Assembly (NCBI GenBank): GCA_040080835.1
Contig: JBEBHP010000020.1
Location: 5,900 to 69,899 of the forward strand
Length of the DNA: 64,000 nt
From: Micropepsaceae bacterium
GTDB taxonomy: Bacteria > Pseudomonadota > Alphaproteobacteria > Micropepsales > Micropepsaceae
Direction of reading: 5' to 3'
Part shown: positions 10,901-19,879 of the stretch, piece after piece
Layout: each line of letters starts with the position of its first letter
How positions within the stretch are numbered: the stretch's first letter is position 1
Program-made: the position numbers and the translations under genes
Notes under the pieces: generated by a model
What the model saw: only the letters and a program-made list of their open reading frames with translations
The model's database searches: none
What the model was told of the DNA's origin: nothing

Positions 10901-11650
10901 CTATTTCGTTGCACCGTGCGCCAGAAGCACCTGCTCGGTCGCGCCGCATTCAACCGGATGCATGTCCTTGATGTTCTCAAGTCGCGCGAGCGGGGTCTGG
11001 CCTGAAGACTTGGCGTTCACGTCTGCGCCGTGGTCAATCAGCAGACCAACCAGGTTTGGCAGGCAGGCAAAGGCCGCCTCCATGAGTGCCGTTCCACCGT
11101 ACTCGTCCTTGTGCTTGACGGAAGCGCCGTGAGCAAGCAGCACCTTCGCTATTTCGACGGCGTCGTTTTCGTTCATCTGATAAAAATCATCGAAATTTGA
11201 TGCGAGGCTTGAAGTCACGTGCATGAGAGCGGTTGAGTTGTACTGATCAACCATGTTCACCTTGGCGCCATGTTGGAGCAAGAGTTCGGCCGATGCTGCG
11301 TTGCGCACATAGCCAAGCGGCATGTGGTCCTTGTTACCTACGACATTGGCACCCGCCTTGATCAGTGCTCGCACATTGTCGACTTTCGCCGTGGTGAGCG
11401 CGGAACCGAGCGCGTTGCTCGACCCGGCGTTCAGGCAGCGACCATTGACTTTCGCTCCTTTGGAGAGAGCCGCCGCAACGTCTGCCGGCGTACCGGACTT
11501 CGCTGCAGTACAAAGAGCCTCCTGGAGAGTTGGGGCCGCTGTCGCTGGCAGGGATGCGAAGAACGACATCAAAATCAACAGGCATGATTTGCGCACAATG
11601 TGGCTCCCGTGTCCGACGACCCTGCCACCACTATAGTCCCGGGCTGCCAC
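10901..11650 (-). CDS. exported ankyrin-repeat protein
   Basis: A hydrophobic signal-like N-terminus (..CLLILMSFFASLPATAAP) followed by about five ANK-type turns (GAKVNG, GANVVG, HGAKVNM, HGASVKH, HGADVNA). The start is uncertain; a GTG at 11596 is an alternative. Confidence 0.75.
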   Translation of the reverse strand: MAARDYSGGRVVGHGSHIVRKSCLLILMSFFASLPATAAPTLQEALCTAAKSGTPADVAAALSKGAKVNGRCLNAGSSNALGSALTTAKVDNVRALIKAGANVVGNKDHMPLGYVRNAASAELLLQHGAKVNMVDQYNSTALMHVTSSLASNFDDFYQMNENDAVEIAKVLLAHGASVKHKDEYGGTALMEAAFACLPNLVGLLIDHGADVNAKSSGQTPLARLENIKDMHPVECGATEQVLLAHGATK

Positions 11651-11771
11651 GGATACCCGATTATATTGGCTGACGGTCTGGTAGCAGGCGACCCTCTCAC
11701 ATGGCCCTCACAGTCAGCGCTCCGGTCCGTTTACCTTGCACGAAATCAGAAAGGGCTGATATTCCTGCTTC

Positions 11772-13607
11772 ATGCAACGCAAATTGACCGTCATCCTTTC
11801 AGCAGACGTAGTGGGCTATAGCGGTCTGATGGAGCGCGACGAGGCGGGGACGCTTTCGCTTCTGAAAGCGAACCGAACGTCCGTGTTCGATCCGCAGGTC
11901 GCAAAACATGGCGGACGGCAATTCAAGCTGATGGGCGACGGCGCGCTTGTAGAGTTCGGCAGCGTGGTGGCGGCTGTGAATTGCGCACTCGCGATCCAGG
12001 AAGCGACGGAGAATGCCAAAGGTTTGCGCTATCGTATGGGCATAAATTTGGGCGAAGTGATTGTCGAGGGTGACGACATTTACGGCGAAGGCGTCAACGT
12101 TGCGGCGCGCATTCAGGCACTGGCGCCCGTTGGGGGCGTGGCGTTGTCGAAGATGGTGCGCGATAACATTGATGGCAAGATGGCTTGCGTCTTCGAAGAC
12201 ATGGGCGAGCACAGCGTCAAAAACATCGAACGGCCAGTGCATGTGTTCAAGGTATTCGCCGTTCAACACGAAGGTCAAAAAGTGGAAGGCCCCCGCAAAC
12301 TCTCGATCTGTGTGCTGCCCTTCGCCAACATGAGCGATGATCCGCAGCAGGAATATTTTTCAGACGGAATCTCGGAAGATATCATCACCGATCTGAGCAA
12401 AGTGTCCGCGCTGGGCGTCACCGCGCGCAACACGTCGTTCCAGTTCAAGGGCAAGAGCGTCGATGTTCCGCAGGTCGCCCGTCAGGTCAAAGTGAGCCAC
12501 GTGCTGGAGGGCAGTGTTCGCAAGGCTGGCGGCCGTTTGCGCATCACGGCGCAGCTCATCGATGGTCGATCGGGCGAGCATGTTTGGGCCGAACGGTATG
12601 ATCGTGACCTCAATGACATCTTTGCGCTTCAAGACGAAATCTCCGAGGCCATCGTCAAGGCGCTGAAGCTGAAGCTGTTGCCAGAAGAAAAGACGGCGAT
12701 CGAAGCGCGTGGGACAGACAACGTCGATGCCTACAATCTTTATCTCATGGCGCGCCAATATTACGTCACCGGCAATTACGGCGATGCCAGGCGGGAGGAG
12801 GCAATCGTTCGCCTGTGCAAGCGTGCCACTGAAATCGACCCTGGCTACGCGCGCGCTTGGGCGCTGACGGCGCTGGCACAAAACTGGCAACGCTATTACT
12901 ACGGCAGCGTGGGCGACGGAGGCATGGCTTCGGCCGAAAAGGCGTTGGCGCTCGATTCAAATCTTTCCGAAGCGCATGGCGTAAAGGCTGGCATCTTGTT
13001 CGAAGCCGGTCGCCTGGCGGAGTCCGCGGCTGAGCTTGGCATCGCGCTGCGCCTCGACCCCGAATCCTATGAGGTCAACCGCGTCGCGGCGACCTTGTAC
13101 TATCGCCAAAAGCGGCTCGACGACGCCATTCGCCATTTCGAAAAGACGACGGCGCTGCTGGAAACCGACTTCAATTCGCCGGGCATGCTGATCAGCTGTT
13201 ACACTGCGACCGGCGACAATGCTGCCGCGCGGCGCGTAGCGCAACTGTCACTCACGCGCGCGGAAAAGGCGCTGACTCAGGATCAAAGCAACGGCGCGGC
13301 GATGGGTTTCGGGGTCGGCGCGCTCGCGGCCTTGGGCGAAGTCGAACGCGCCAAGGAGTGGATGGCCCGCGCGCTGCTGATCGATCCCGACAACATGAAC
13401 ATGCGCTACAACTTCGCTTGCGCCGCGGCCATCGACCTGAAGGAACCAGAACTGGCTCTCGATCTGATCGCTCCATTCCTCGCCACAACCACGATCGACT
13501 TCCTGAACCATGCCAAGGCCGATCCGGACCTCGATCCTCTGCGCGGCGACCCTCGCTTCAAGACCATGATCTCCGCCGCTGAGGCGAGGTTGGCGAGGAA
13601 AGACTGA
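11772..13607 (+). CDS. class III adenylate/guanylate cyclase fused to TolB_N-like and TPR domains
   Basis: N-terminal CHD domain (LTVILSADVVGYSGLME...KLMGDGALVEF...GEGVNVAARI). It is followed by the ICVLPFANMSDDPQQEYFSDGISEDIITDLS motif and C-terminal TPR-like repeats. Confidence 0.85.
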   Translation: MQRKLTVILSADVVGYSGLMERDEAGTLSLLKANRTSVFDPQVAKHGGRQFKLMGDGALVEFGSVVAAVNCALAIQEATENAKGLRYRMGINLGEVIVEGDDIYGEGVNVAARIQALAPVGGVALSKMVRDNIDGKMACVFEDMGEHSVKNIERPVHVFKVFAVQHEGQKVEGPRKLSICVLPFANMSDDPQQEYFSDGISEDIITDLSKVSALGVTARNTSFQFKGKSVDVPQVARQVKVSHVLEGSVRKAGGRLRITAQLIDGRSGEHVWAERYDRDLNDIFALQDEISEAIVKALKLKLLPEEKTAIEARGTDNVDAYNLYLMARQYYVTGNYGDARREEAIVRLCKRATEIDPGYARAWALTALAQNWQRYYYGSVGDGGMASAEKALALDSNLSEAHGVKAGILFEAGRLAESAAELGIALRLDPESYEVNRVAATLYYRQKRLDDAIRHFEKTTALLETDFNSPGMLISCYTATGDNAAARRVAQLSLTRAEKALTQDQSNGAAMGFGVGALAALGEVERAKEWMARALLIDPDNMNMRYNFACAAAIDLKEPELALDLIAPFLATTTIDFLNHAKADPDLDPLRGDPRFKTMISAAEARLARKD

Positions 13608-13909
13608 TGCAACGCAAGCTCACCGTCATCCTCTCAGCGGACCTGGTGGGCTACAGCGGGCTCATGGAACGCGACGAAGCGGGAACCCTGGCGCGCCTCA
13701 AGGGAAACAGGAAGACGTTGTTTGACCCCGTGGTCGCCGCGCATGGCGGGCGCATCTTCAAGCTCATGGGCGACGGCGTGCTGATCGAGTTTCCGAGTGC
13801 CGCGTCGGCGGTGATCTGCGCTCTCGAGATCCAGCACGCGGTGGAAGAGACTGCGGTACAGCAATCCGAGGTATCTGTCTCTGGTCGGAGCACTCGAGGC
13901 AAGGCTTGA
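13607..13909 (+). pseudogene. truncated tandem duplicate of the cyclase N-terminus
   Basis: The first ~85 aa (MQRKLTVILSADLVGYSGLMERDEAGTL...KLMGDGVLIEF) closely parallel the start of the upstream gene at both protein and DNA level. Homology is then lost and a stop follows. The start overlaps the upstream stop (TGATG). Confidence 0.6.
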
Positions 13910-13947
13910 ACAGGTCCTGGGACAGATGGACGAAGGAGGAGGTGACA

Positions 13948-14163
13948 ATGAACTTCAATACCTGGATACGGCAGCTTCATCGATGGCTATCGGTCATATT
14001 TTCCGTGATCGTTGCGAGCATTTTCGCCGCCCTCGGCGCAAAAATGGAACCCGCGCAGTGGGTATACTTCTTGCCGCTCATCCCGCTGGCACTGCTCATG
14101 CTCAGCGGCTTGTACCTCTTCGTTCTGCCTTATGTGACCAGGCGACCCGGCGGCCTGGGCTGA
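13948..14163 (+). CDS. small two-TM membrane protein (hypothetical)
   Basis: ATG preceded by a strong AGGAGGAGG Shine-Dalgarno. 71 aa with two hydrophobic helices and an N-terminal NTWIRQLHRWLS motif reminiscent of PepSY-associated TM helices. Confidence 0.5.
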   Translation: MNFNTWIRQLHRWLSVIFSVIVASIFAALGAKMEPAQWVYFLPLIPLALLMLSGLYLFVLPYVTRRPGGLG

Positions 14164-14271
14164 ACAAGGCCTCACCACGCAGGGGGACGCTTGCAAGGCG
14201 TCACTCACGTGTCGCATTGCAAGCAGGTTGACTTGCAGAGAAATCCGGAGTGCAGGGTGCGTCAGCTCCCG

Positions 14272-15039
14272 CTAATGCTCAATATTGTAATCAATCGTCA
14301 CCACCACACGAGCCGTCTTTGAGATTGTGCTCTTGTCGTACGTGCCGCCATAGCCATAGTCGCTGGAATCCACACTGGCACCCGCCGGCAGGATGTAGAA
14401 GGCACCTTGCGAGGCCGAACGCATCGCGCCCACAGTGGCGTTACCGTTCTTGGCGAATTCCTGCGCGCGCTTTTGCGCATTCTGCGTGGCAGCACCAATC
14501 AGGGACATCTTGATATCCTCGAGGCTCGAGACCAGGAACGATGGGCTTTCATAATGCACGGGGTGACCCTCGCCCTCGAACTGCAGAATGGCCTTGTGCG
14601 CCGCTTCGACGGCTGGCAGGTCCCGGCCCGTGACGAGAACATCCTGCGCCGCGTTGAAGCCGCGCTGGACCTGGCGCGTGCGCCCGCCTGGCAGTTCTTC
14701 ATCGACGAGGTTCGGCGTGACGCTCTCGTTGCCGTTCTTCACCGCGTCCTTGGCAAAGCCTTGTGCGGCAAGAAAGGCGTCGAGGGCAGGGCGCTCCTTG
14801 CGCAGCTTCGCCAGCGCGTCTGCAAACGTGGCACCCTGCACGCGCAGACCAACTGTCCATTCGGCGTAGTCCGCCTCCACCGGCTTCTCTGCCAGCCCTT
14901 TGACCGAAATGCTCTGTTTGCCCGCCCCGATCTGTTTGGCCTGGATGCCAAAGATGAAAGCGGCCAGCGACATGCCAAGCGCCAGCAGTACACCCAGGAT
15001 CACGACTGCCTTCGAATTGTCCAACGTCATGCGGTTCAC
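14272..15039 (-). CDS. SIMPL (DUF541) domain periplasmic protein
   Basis: 255 aa with an N-terminal membrane anchor and a typical SIMPL layout (ISVKGLAEKPVEADYAEWTVGL...ARVVVTIDY). Confidence 0.75.
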   Translation of the reverse strand: MNRMTLDNSKAVVILGVLLALGMSLAAFIFGIQAKQIGAGKQSISVKGLAEKPVEADYAEWTVGLRVQGATFADALAKLRKERPALDAFLAAQGFAKDAVKNGNESVTPNLVDEELPGGRTRQVQRGFNAAQDVLVTGRDLPAVEAAHKAILQFEGEGHPVHYESPSFLVSSLEDIKMSLIGAATQNAQKRAQEFAKNGNATVGAMRSASQGAFYILPAGASVDSSDYGYGGTYDKSTISKTARVVVTIDYNIEH

Positions 15040-15319
15040 TCCAGTTAGGTCCTTGCATCGATGTTGACGCCAGAATCATGGGTGAATTACGCAGACTTTG
15101 TGGCGGAATAGCGAGCCCGCCGATACCTGCCATGCGGCACTTGGGCTGACACGGCTCGCCGGCGAACGCTTGTTGCCGCGGAACACTCAAACTAGACTGG
15201 ATTGCGCTTCGCGTAGTGACACTTGTGAAAACCGGGTGGAACGAACCGGCGAGCGCTTCGTGGTCGCCACAATGGTCACGAACCAACACAAGACTGCTAA
15301 CACGGGACTGGAGGAACGA

Positions 15320-15619
15320 ATGAACAGAACGGTACTTTTGATTGTCGCGGTCGTTATCGCTGCGGGTGGAGCTTACTGGTACATGAATCGGAAGGCTGCG
15401 GATGCTCCGGCCGACCCGGCAGCAGTGACGGATCCGGCTGCGCCTGCCGCAGATCCGGCGGCTCCGGCCGACCCTGCAGCTGCTCCTGCAGATCCGGCTG
15501 CGGCACCCGCAGATCCGGCGGCCGCTCCAGTGGACGGAGCAGCCCCTCCGGGTGATCCGACCGCACCGGCGCAGCCGGTAGCCCCGCCTCCTCCTCCAGG
15601 CGATCCCACGAATCAATAG
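15320..15619 (+). CDS. membrane-anchored Pro/Ala/Asp-rich repeat protein
   Basis: GGAGGA Shine-Dalgarno 6 nt upstream of the ATG. One TM helix (VLLIVAVVIAAGGAYWY) is followed by PADPAAA-type repeats and a PPPPP tail. Confidence 0.55.
   Translation: MNRTVLLIVAVVIAAGGAYWYMNRKAADAPADPAAVTDPAAPAADPAAPADPAAAPADPAAAPADPAAAPVDGAAPPGDPTAPAQPVAPPPPPGDPTNQ
15404..15532 (+). repeat. in-frame tandem 18-21-nt repeats (unit gcagatccggc[gt]gc..., P-A-D-P-A-A-A)
   Basis: The word gcagatccggc recurs at 15449, 15488 and 15509, with related units on either side. Confidence 0.7.
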
Positions 15620-15729
15620 CCGAGGCACGATTTGACAGTTCTTGTGGCCGGCCAAAATGCCGGCCACATTTGTTTGTTTGGGGCGCCTTGCTACAATGGC
15701 CACCGAAAGGAGCCCATCAAATCTCGCGC

Positions 15730-17742
15730 ATGAAGTGGCTTCTGTCCGAACTGCAACGCCGACAGGTGACCCGTGTCGCTGCGAGTTACGTCGTCGCGAG
15801 CTGGATCATGCTCCAGGTCGCCGCATCGCTTGAAAACGCGCTCATGCTTCCGGCGTGGTTCGACACTGCGGTGCTGTACCTGCTGATCCTCGGCTTCCCG
15901 GCTGCCATTACCGTGTCCTGGATGTTCGAACTGACGCCCGAGGGGATCAAGCGCACCGTCGGGTTCGGAGACGGCGAACCAGCCAAACCGCGCGTCACCG
16001 ACTGGATACTGGTAGCGATGGTCATCATCGTCAGCGTGGTAGCTGGCGTGATGACGTTGTCCCCACGCGTGAGCGACCTCGCGCCCGGCGACCGGTCCAT
16101 CGCAATACTTCCGTTCGAAAACCGCTCGCAAATCAAGGACGATTCCGAATACGGCGACTGGTTGTCGGAACTCATCAGCAGCCTCTTGGGAAAGGCCAGC
16201 AATCTTCGCGTCATTTCGCAGACCTCGGCGTCTGTCTTCAAGGGCAAAGCTGTCGCCCTACCTGAGATCGCCAGGCAGCTCGGCGTGTCGTTGATCATTG
16301 AAGGCAGTGTGCGCAGTGAGGGCGACGATATGGTCATCAGTGCCCAGCTGATCAACGCAGCAACCGACACGCAGGTTTGGGCAGAGGTGTACGAACGCAA
16401 GACCGACAACGCATTGGGCGTCCAAAGCGAAGTCGCCGCCAGAGTGGCCGTCGCGGTTGCCGCGGCTTTGGATGTAACGATCGCCAGTGGCGAGCAGCAG
16501 GCTCTCAATCCGACGGCCAAGCCGAAGGCGTTTGAAGCCTACCAGAAGGCGCTGAAGCTCTACCGCACGACAACTGAAGCAAATGTGCGCAGCGCGCAGC
16601 GCTTGCTGAACGACGCCGTCGAAACCGATCCCGATTTTGCATTGGCCTGGGCGCTGTTATCGCGCGTCCATTCCTATTTCTATTTCAACCGCACGGATGC
16701 AACCGAAGGCCGGCGTGGCGCGGCCGGGCAGGCGTTGGCGCAGGCGCTCCGCCTGAAGCCCGACCTCGCTGAAGTTCTGCTCGCTGACGCCTACTTCGAA
16801 TACTGGGTGAAGCGCGACTATGAAGGGGCTCGGAGCCGGTTTGAAACGCTGAGCATGAAGTGGCCCAACAATGCAGATGTCCTGACTGCGCTCGCCAGCA
16901 TCACGCGCCGCCAGGGCCGATGGGGTGAGAGCAAAAACTATTTCGAGCGCGCCATCGCGATCGACCCGCTGCGCCCGGGCAGGCGTGTGAAGGCCGCCGA
17001 ACTTGCTTTCGCGACGCGCGACTTCACGGGTGCCTTGCATCAGCTCGACGCCTCGTTGGAGTATTGGCCGGAGGCGCCCGACAAACTTCCCTTCATCGCC
17101 AAGAAGGCGTTGATCTATCAGGCGCTTGGCCGCCTGGACGACGCCACGGTTCTGCTCGAAGGTCTTGATCCGCAGCCGGATGGCGAACTCGTTGAACCGA
17201 TCGTCATCCAGGCCATCCTGCGCCGGCAGTACGATGACGCGATCCCGCTGCTCGTATCTCTTCTCAAGCGTGATGAAGCCGAGGGCTCGGTTGGTCGCAC
17301 GTCAGTGGATCTGAATCTCTATCTCGGAAACCTGAGGCGGCTCTCCGGCGATGCAAAAGGCGCGAGGGCAAATTACCGGCAGGCGCTCGATGAACTGCGC
17401 ATGGACTTGGCGAAACAGCCTGAAAACGCCGACGTGCATTCCTATTTGGCATTGGTGTATTGCGGTCTCGGTGATCGCGCCCAGGCCACGAAGTTTGCAG
17501 CGCTTGCCGTGAAGACCGTGCCGGTCGCAAAGGACGCCTTGAGCGGCGCATACTATCTGGATGTGCAGGCGCGCGTCTGGGCGCGCTTGGGCGATCGGAA
17601 CGCCGCGATCGCCGCAATCGAATCCCTGATGAAACTGCCCGCGCCCTTGCCGCTGACGCCAGCGCTGCTGCGCCTGGATCCTGACTTCGACAAGCTCCGT
17701 TCAGATTTGCGCTTCAAGGCGCTGTTGAACGGTGTCCCCTGA
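15730..17742 (+). CDS. membrane-anchored TolB_N-like / TPR protein (cyclase-less paralogue of 11772..13607)
   Basis: Start placed at the ATG giving MKWLLSELQRRQV. It has TM helices, an IAILPFENRS...LISSLLGK...LIIEGSVR..LINAATDTQVWAEVYE module and long TPR-like repeats. Confidence 0.8.
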   Translation: MKWLLSELQRRQVTRVAASYVVASWIMLQVAASLENALMLPAWFDTAVLYLLILGFPAAITVSWMFELTPEGIKRTVGFGDGEPAKPRVTDWILVAMVIIVSVVAGVMTLSPRVSDLAPGDRSIAILPFENRSQIKDDSEYGDWLSELISSLLGKASNLRVISQTSASVFKGKAVALPEIARQLGVSLIIEGSVRSEGDDMVISAQLINAATDTQVWAEVYERKTDNALGVQSEVAARVAVAVAAALDVTIASGEQQALNPTAKPKAFEAYQKALKLYRTTTEANVRSAQRLLNDAVETDPDFALAWALLSRVHSYFYFNRTDATEGRRGAAGQALAQALRLKPDLAEVLLADAYFEYWVKRDYEGARSRFETLSMKWPNNADVLTALASITRRQGRWGESKNYFERAIAIDPLRPGRRVKAAELAFATRDFTGALHQLDASLEYWPEAPDKLPFIAKKALIYQALGRLDDATVLLEGLDPQPDGELVEPIVIQAILRRQYDDAIPLLVSLLKRDEAEGSVGRTSVDLNLYLGNLRRLSGDAKGARANYRQALDELRMDLAKQPENADVHSYLALVYCGLGDRAQATKFAALAVKTVPVAKDALSGAYYLDVQARVWARLGDRNAAIAAIESLMKLPAPLPLTPALLRLDPDFDKLRSDLRFKALLNGVP

Positions 17743-17836
17743 ACGAACCTTGATCAGGCAAGCTTCGTGCTTCATCTGCGCGCCGGTCATTCAGTGGCAC
17801 CAATGTCTGGGGTTGCGCCTCGCCCGTATACGAAAT

Positions 17837-18076
17837 TCAATGCTGCTGGCGATGCACCCGAAGCCATGCCTCACCGGCGGGAGTAAGCTTCACCAGGGAC
17901 TCGCAGTTCTCCCCCGTGGTTCGCTGCACGAAGCCTGAATCCACCGCGTCCTCCCAGACCGGCAACCTTGGGCAACTCGTGCGCCAGCTCGTCATCAGCT
18001 CATCATAGGGCCTCGGCTTGACGGCAACCCATTCCAGCAAATCAAGGATCAAAGTTTCCGGCGCGGTGAGTCGCAT
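17837..18076 (-). CDS. small hypothetical protein coupled to the GST
   Basis: 79 aa from an ATG 5 nt downstream of the GST stop. The composition is balanced and no motif is recognised. Confidence 0.4.
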   Translation of the reverse strand: MRLTAPETLILDLLEWVAVKPRPYDELMTSWRTSCPRLPVWEDAVDSGFVQRTTGENCESLVKLTPAGEAWLRVHRQQH

Positions 18077-18081
18077 ACACT

Positions 18082-18741
18082 TCAATCCCGGTCCGGCGCC
18101 CCCAGCGGAAAGAGCGGCCGATACGGTCGCGCCTCCTCAGCCGCGCGGGCGAAGGATGGGCGGGCAAGCAGCCGTGCACGATAGGCGCGAAGCGCAGTGT
18201 AGGTCTCCGGAATCCGGTAGACCCAGTCCGCATAGAACAGCGACGGCGCGGCCGCGCAGTCTGCGAGCGTGAAGTTGGCGCCGGCAACCCACGTCTTGCC
18301 TGCGAGATGTCCATCGATCCAGGCATAGGCACGTTCAAGCCGTTCGGTCGCAAGGGCGAGGCCTTCCGCGCTCTTCACGGGGACACGGCCCAGTGCACTG
18401 TCGACTGCAACCTGCATCGCGTCCATGACGTGCAGGTCGAAGAAGCGGTCAAGAAAGCGCACGTCGAGCGCTGCCATCGGGTCTGGGGGAAGCAGGCGCA
18501 CGGGCCCGGGATGCGCGAGTTGCAGGTATTCGATGATGATGCTGGTCTCCACGATGCTGCGGTCGCCGTCCACCAGCAGCGGAAACTTGGCGAGCGGCCA
18601 GCGCCTGAGCCACTCGGCAGCATGCTGAGGCGTGTCCGGTCCGATCACGCGGAACTCGAAAGGCGTGGCGTTCTCATAGAGCGCGATGAGCGCCTTCTGG
18701 GTGTACGAGGAGAAGGGGTGGCCATAAAGCACGAGCGGCAT
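18082..18741 (-). CDS. glutathione S-transferase
   Basis: Trimmed to MPLVLYGHPFSSYTQKALIAL..., a typical GST N-terminal beta-alpha-beta, followed by a helical C-terminal domain. 219 aa. Confidence 0.85.
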   Translation of the reverse strand: MPLVLYGHPFSSYTQKALIALYENATPFEFRVIGPDTPQHAAEWLRRWPLAKFPLLVDGDRSIVETSIIIEYLQLAHPGPVRLLPPDPMAALDVRFLDRFFDLHVMDAMQVAVDSALGRVPVKSAEGLALATERLERAYAWIDGHLAGKTWVAGANFTLADCAAAPSLFYADWVYRIPETYTALRAYRARLLARPSFARAAEEARPYRPLFPLGAPDRD

Positions 18742-19462
18742 TGCGGAATCTCCAGGTTCAGTCAATGTTTGTATTCCAATCAGGTGCAGCTTTGGGGTCC
18801 GACTTGAAATGCTTACCGCGATTGGGGAACGCCGCTGGCTGACACCCCGCACTTCCTGCCCGAACGCAAGTTCCAAAGACATCCAGGAAGGGCAGCAAGG
18901 CTCTCTCGCCGAGTTTCAGAGCGACTTTTTTGAGCGGGTTTGAGACAAAGGCTGTTCGGCTATTTTTGGCTTTTTTCCGCGGAAAACAGGTGCAAAGTGC
19001 AACAAGGTGTGGGGGTGTTTTTCATTTTGCACCGTGCCGGCGGCAAATGAAAATCGGGCTCGAAAATCAGGCGCAGTCCGGGGCACACACCCCGCAATTT
19101 CTTTTCGCGCGGGGCTCACGAGGCGGTCGCCTGGAATTCCCAGGTCCGCCGGGTAGGTATTCAGTTGTCAAGTTGGCAGCAGCCGGGGCTGGCGCCGGAA
19201 GGGAACATAATACGAACATTGGTGCCATACAAGAGGGTCCGGTGCGACACGTTGAGCGCACACTCCCTGGGAGCGCCGGCATCCTGCCGGCTCTGTCTTG
19301 CAGCGTGGGGGTGGTGCGTCGAAGGATGGAATGTGGCAGGGTGTGTGGTGGCAGGGAGGTTTTAATATGTCCCCGTTGTTCAAGTGGTGTCTGACCCCGA
19401 TTCCTCCCGATTCTCACCAGAAGTGCCCGCGCGAATTGAGAGCAAACCTAAGGAGTCTAAGC

Positions 19463-19681
19463 GTGACTGGTGAAAACAAAGAAAAGGATGATAAAGCGTG
19501 GGAGGTTGCCAAGGCTCAAATCTGGATTGCGTCGATTGTAGCGATTTTGCTGTGTGTTGCTGTAGTCTACTATTTTGGCGCACTCGCAGGAGTGGTGACG
19601 GGTGTAATCTCAATTGTGGTGATAAATGAAATGATTCGAAGTGCCGTTCGTCGCTATATGTTTAGAGTCGGAAAAGGTTGA
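19463..19681 (+). CDS. small two-TM membrane protein (hypothetical)
   Basis: GTG start 7 nt after TAAGGAG. 72 aa with two hydrophobic helices. It lies in a lower-GC patch. Confidence 0.4.
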   Translation: MTGENKEKDDKAWEVAKAQIWIASIVAILLCVAVVYYFGALAGVVTGVISIVVINEMIRSAVRRYMFRVGKG

Positions 19682-19879
19682 AACGGGGTTCTGTCCCTAT
19701 CTGCCTCCTCAAAACAAAATGCGAGCGGATTTGCGCGGTGACCGCAAGTTTGGGAGTGAGGTACCCTGGATTCTCCGGACAGGTTTAACCGACCGCACCA
19801 CTTCTGTCGTGACGAGTGTGTTGAATAAAGACCCCCGTTCCGTGTCTCACGGTCTCACTCAATTTGGCAGGAAGAGAAC

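Noticed and set aside
14699-15703. 334-aa Arg/Cys-rich ORF spanning the SIMPL gene, the intergenic region and the PA-repeat gene
   Set aside because: The composition is implausible (runs of RRR, CGR). It overlaps better-supported genes on both strands.
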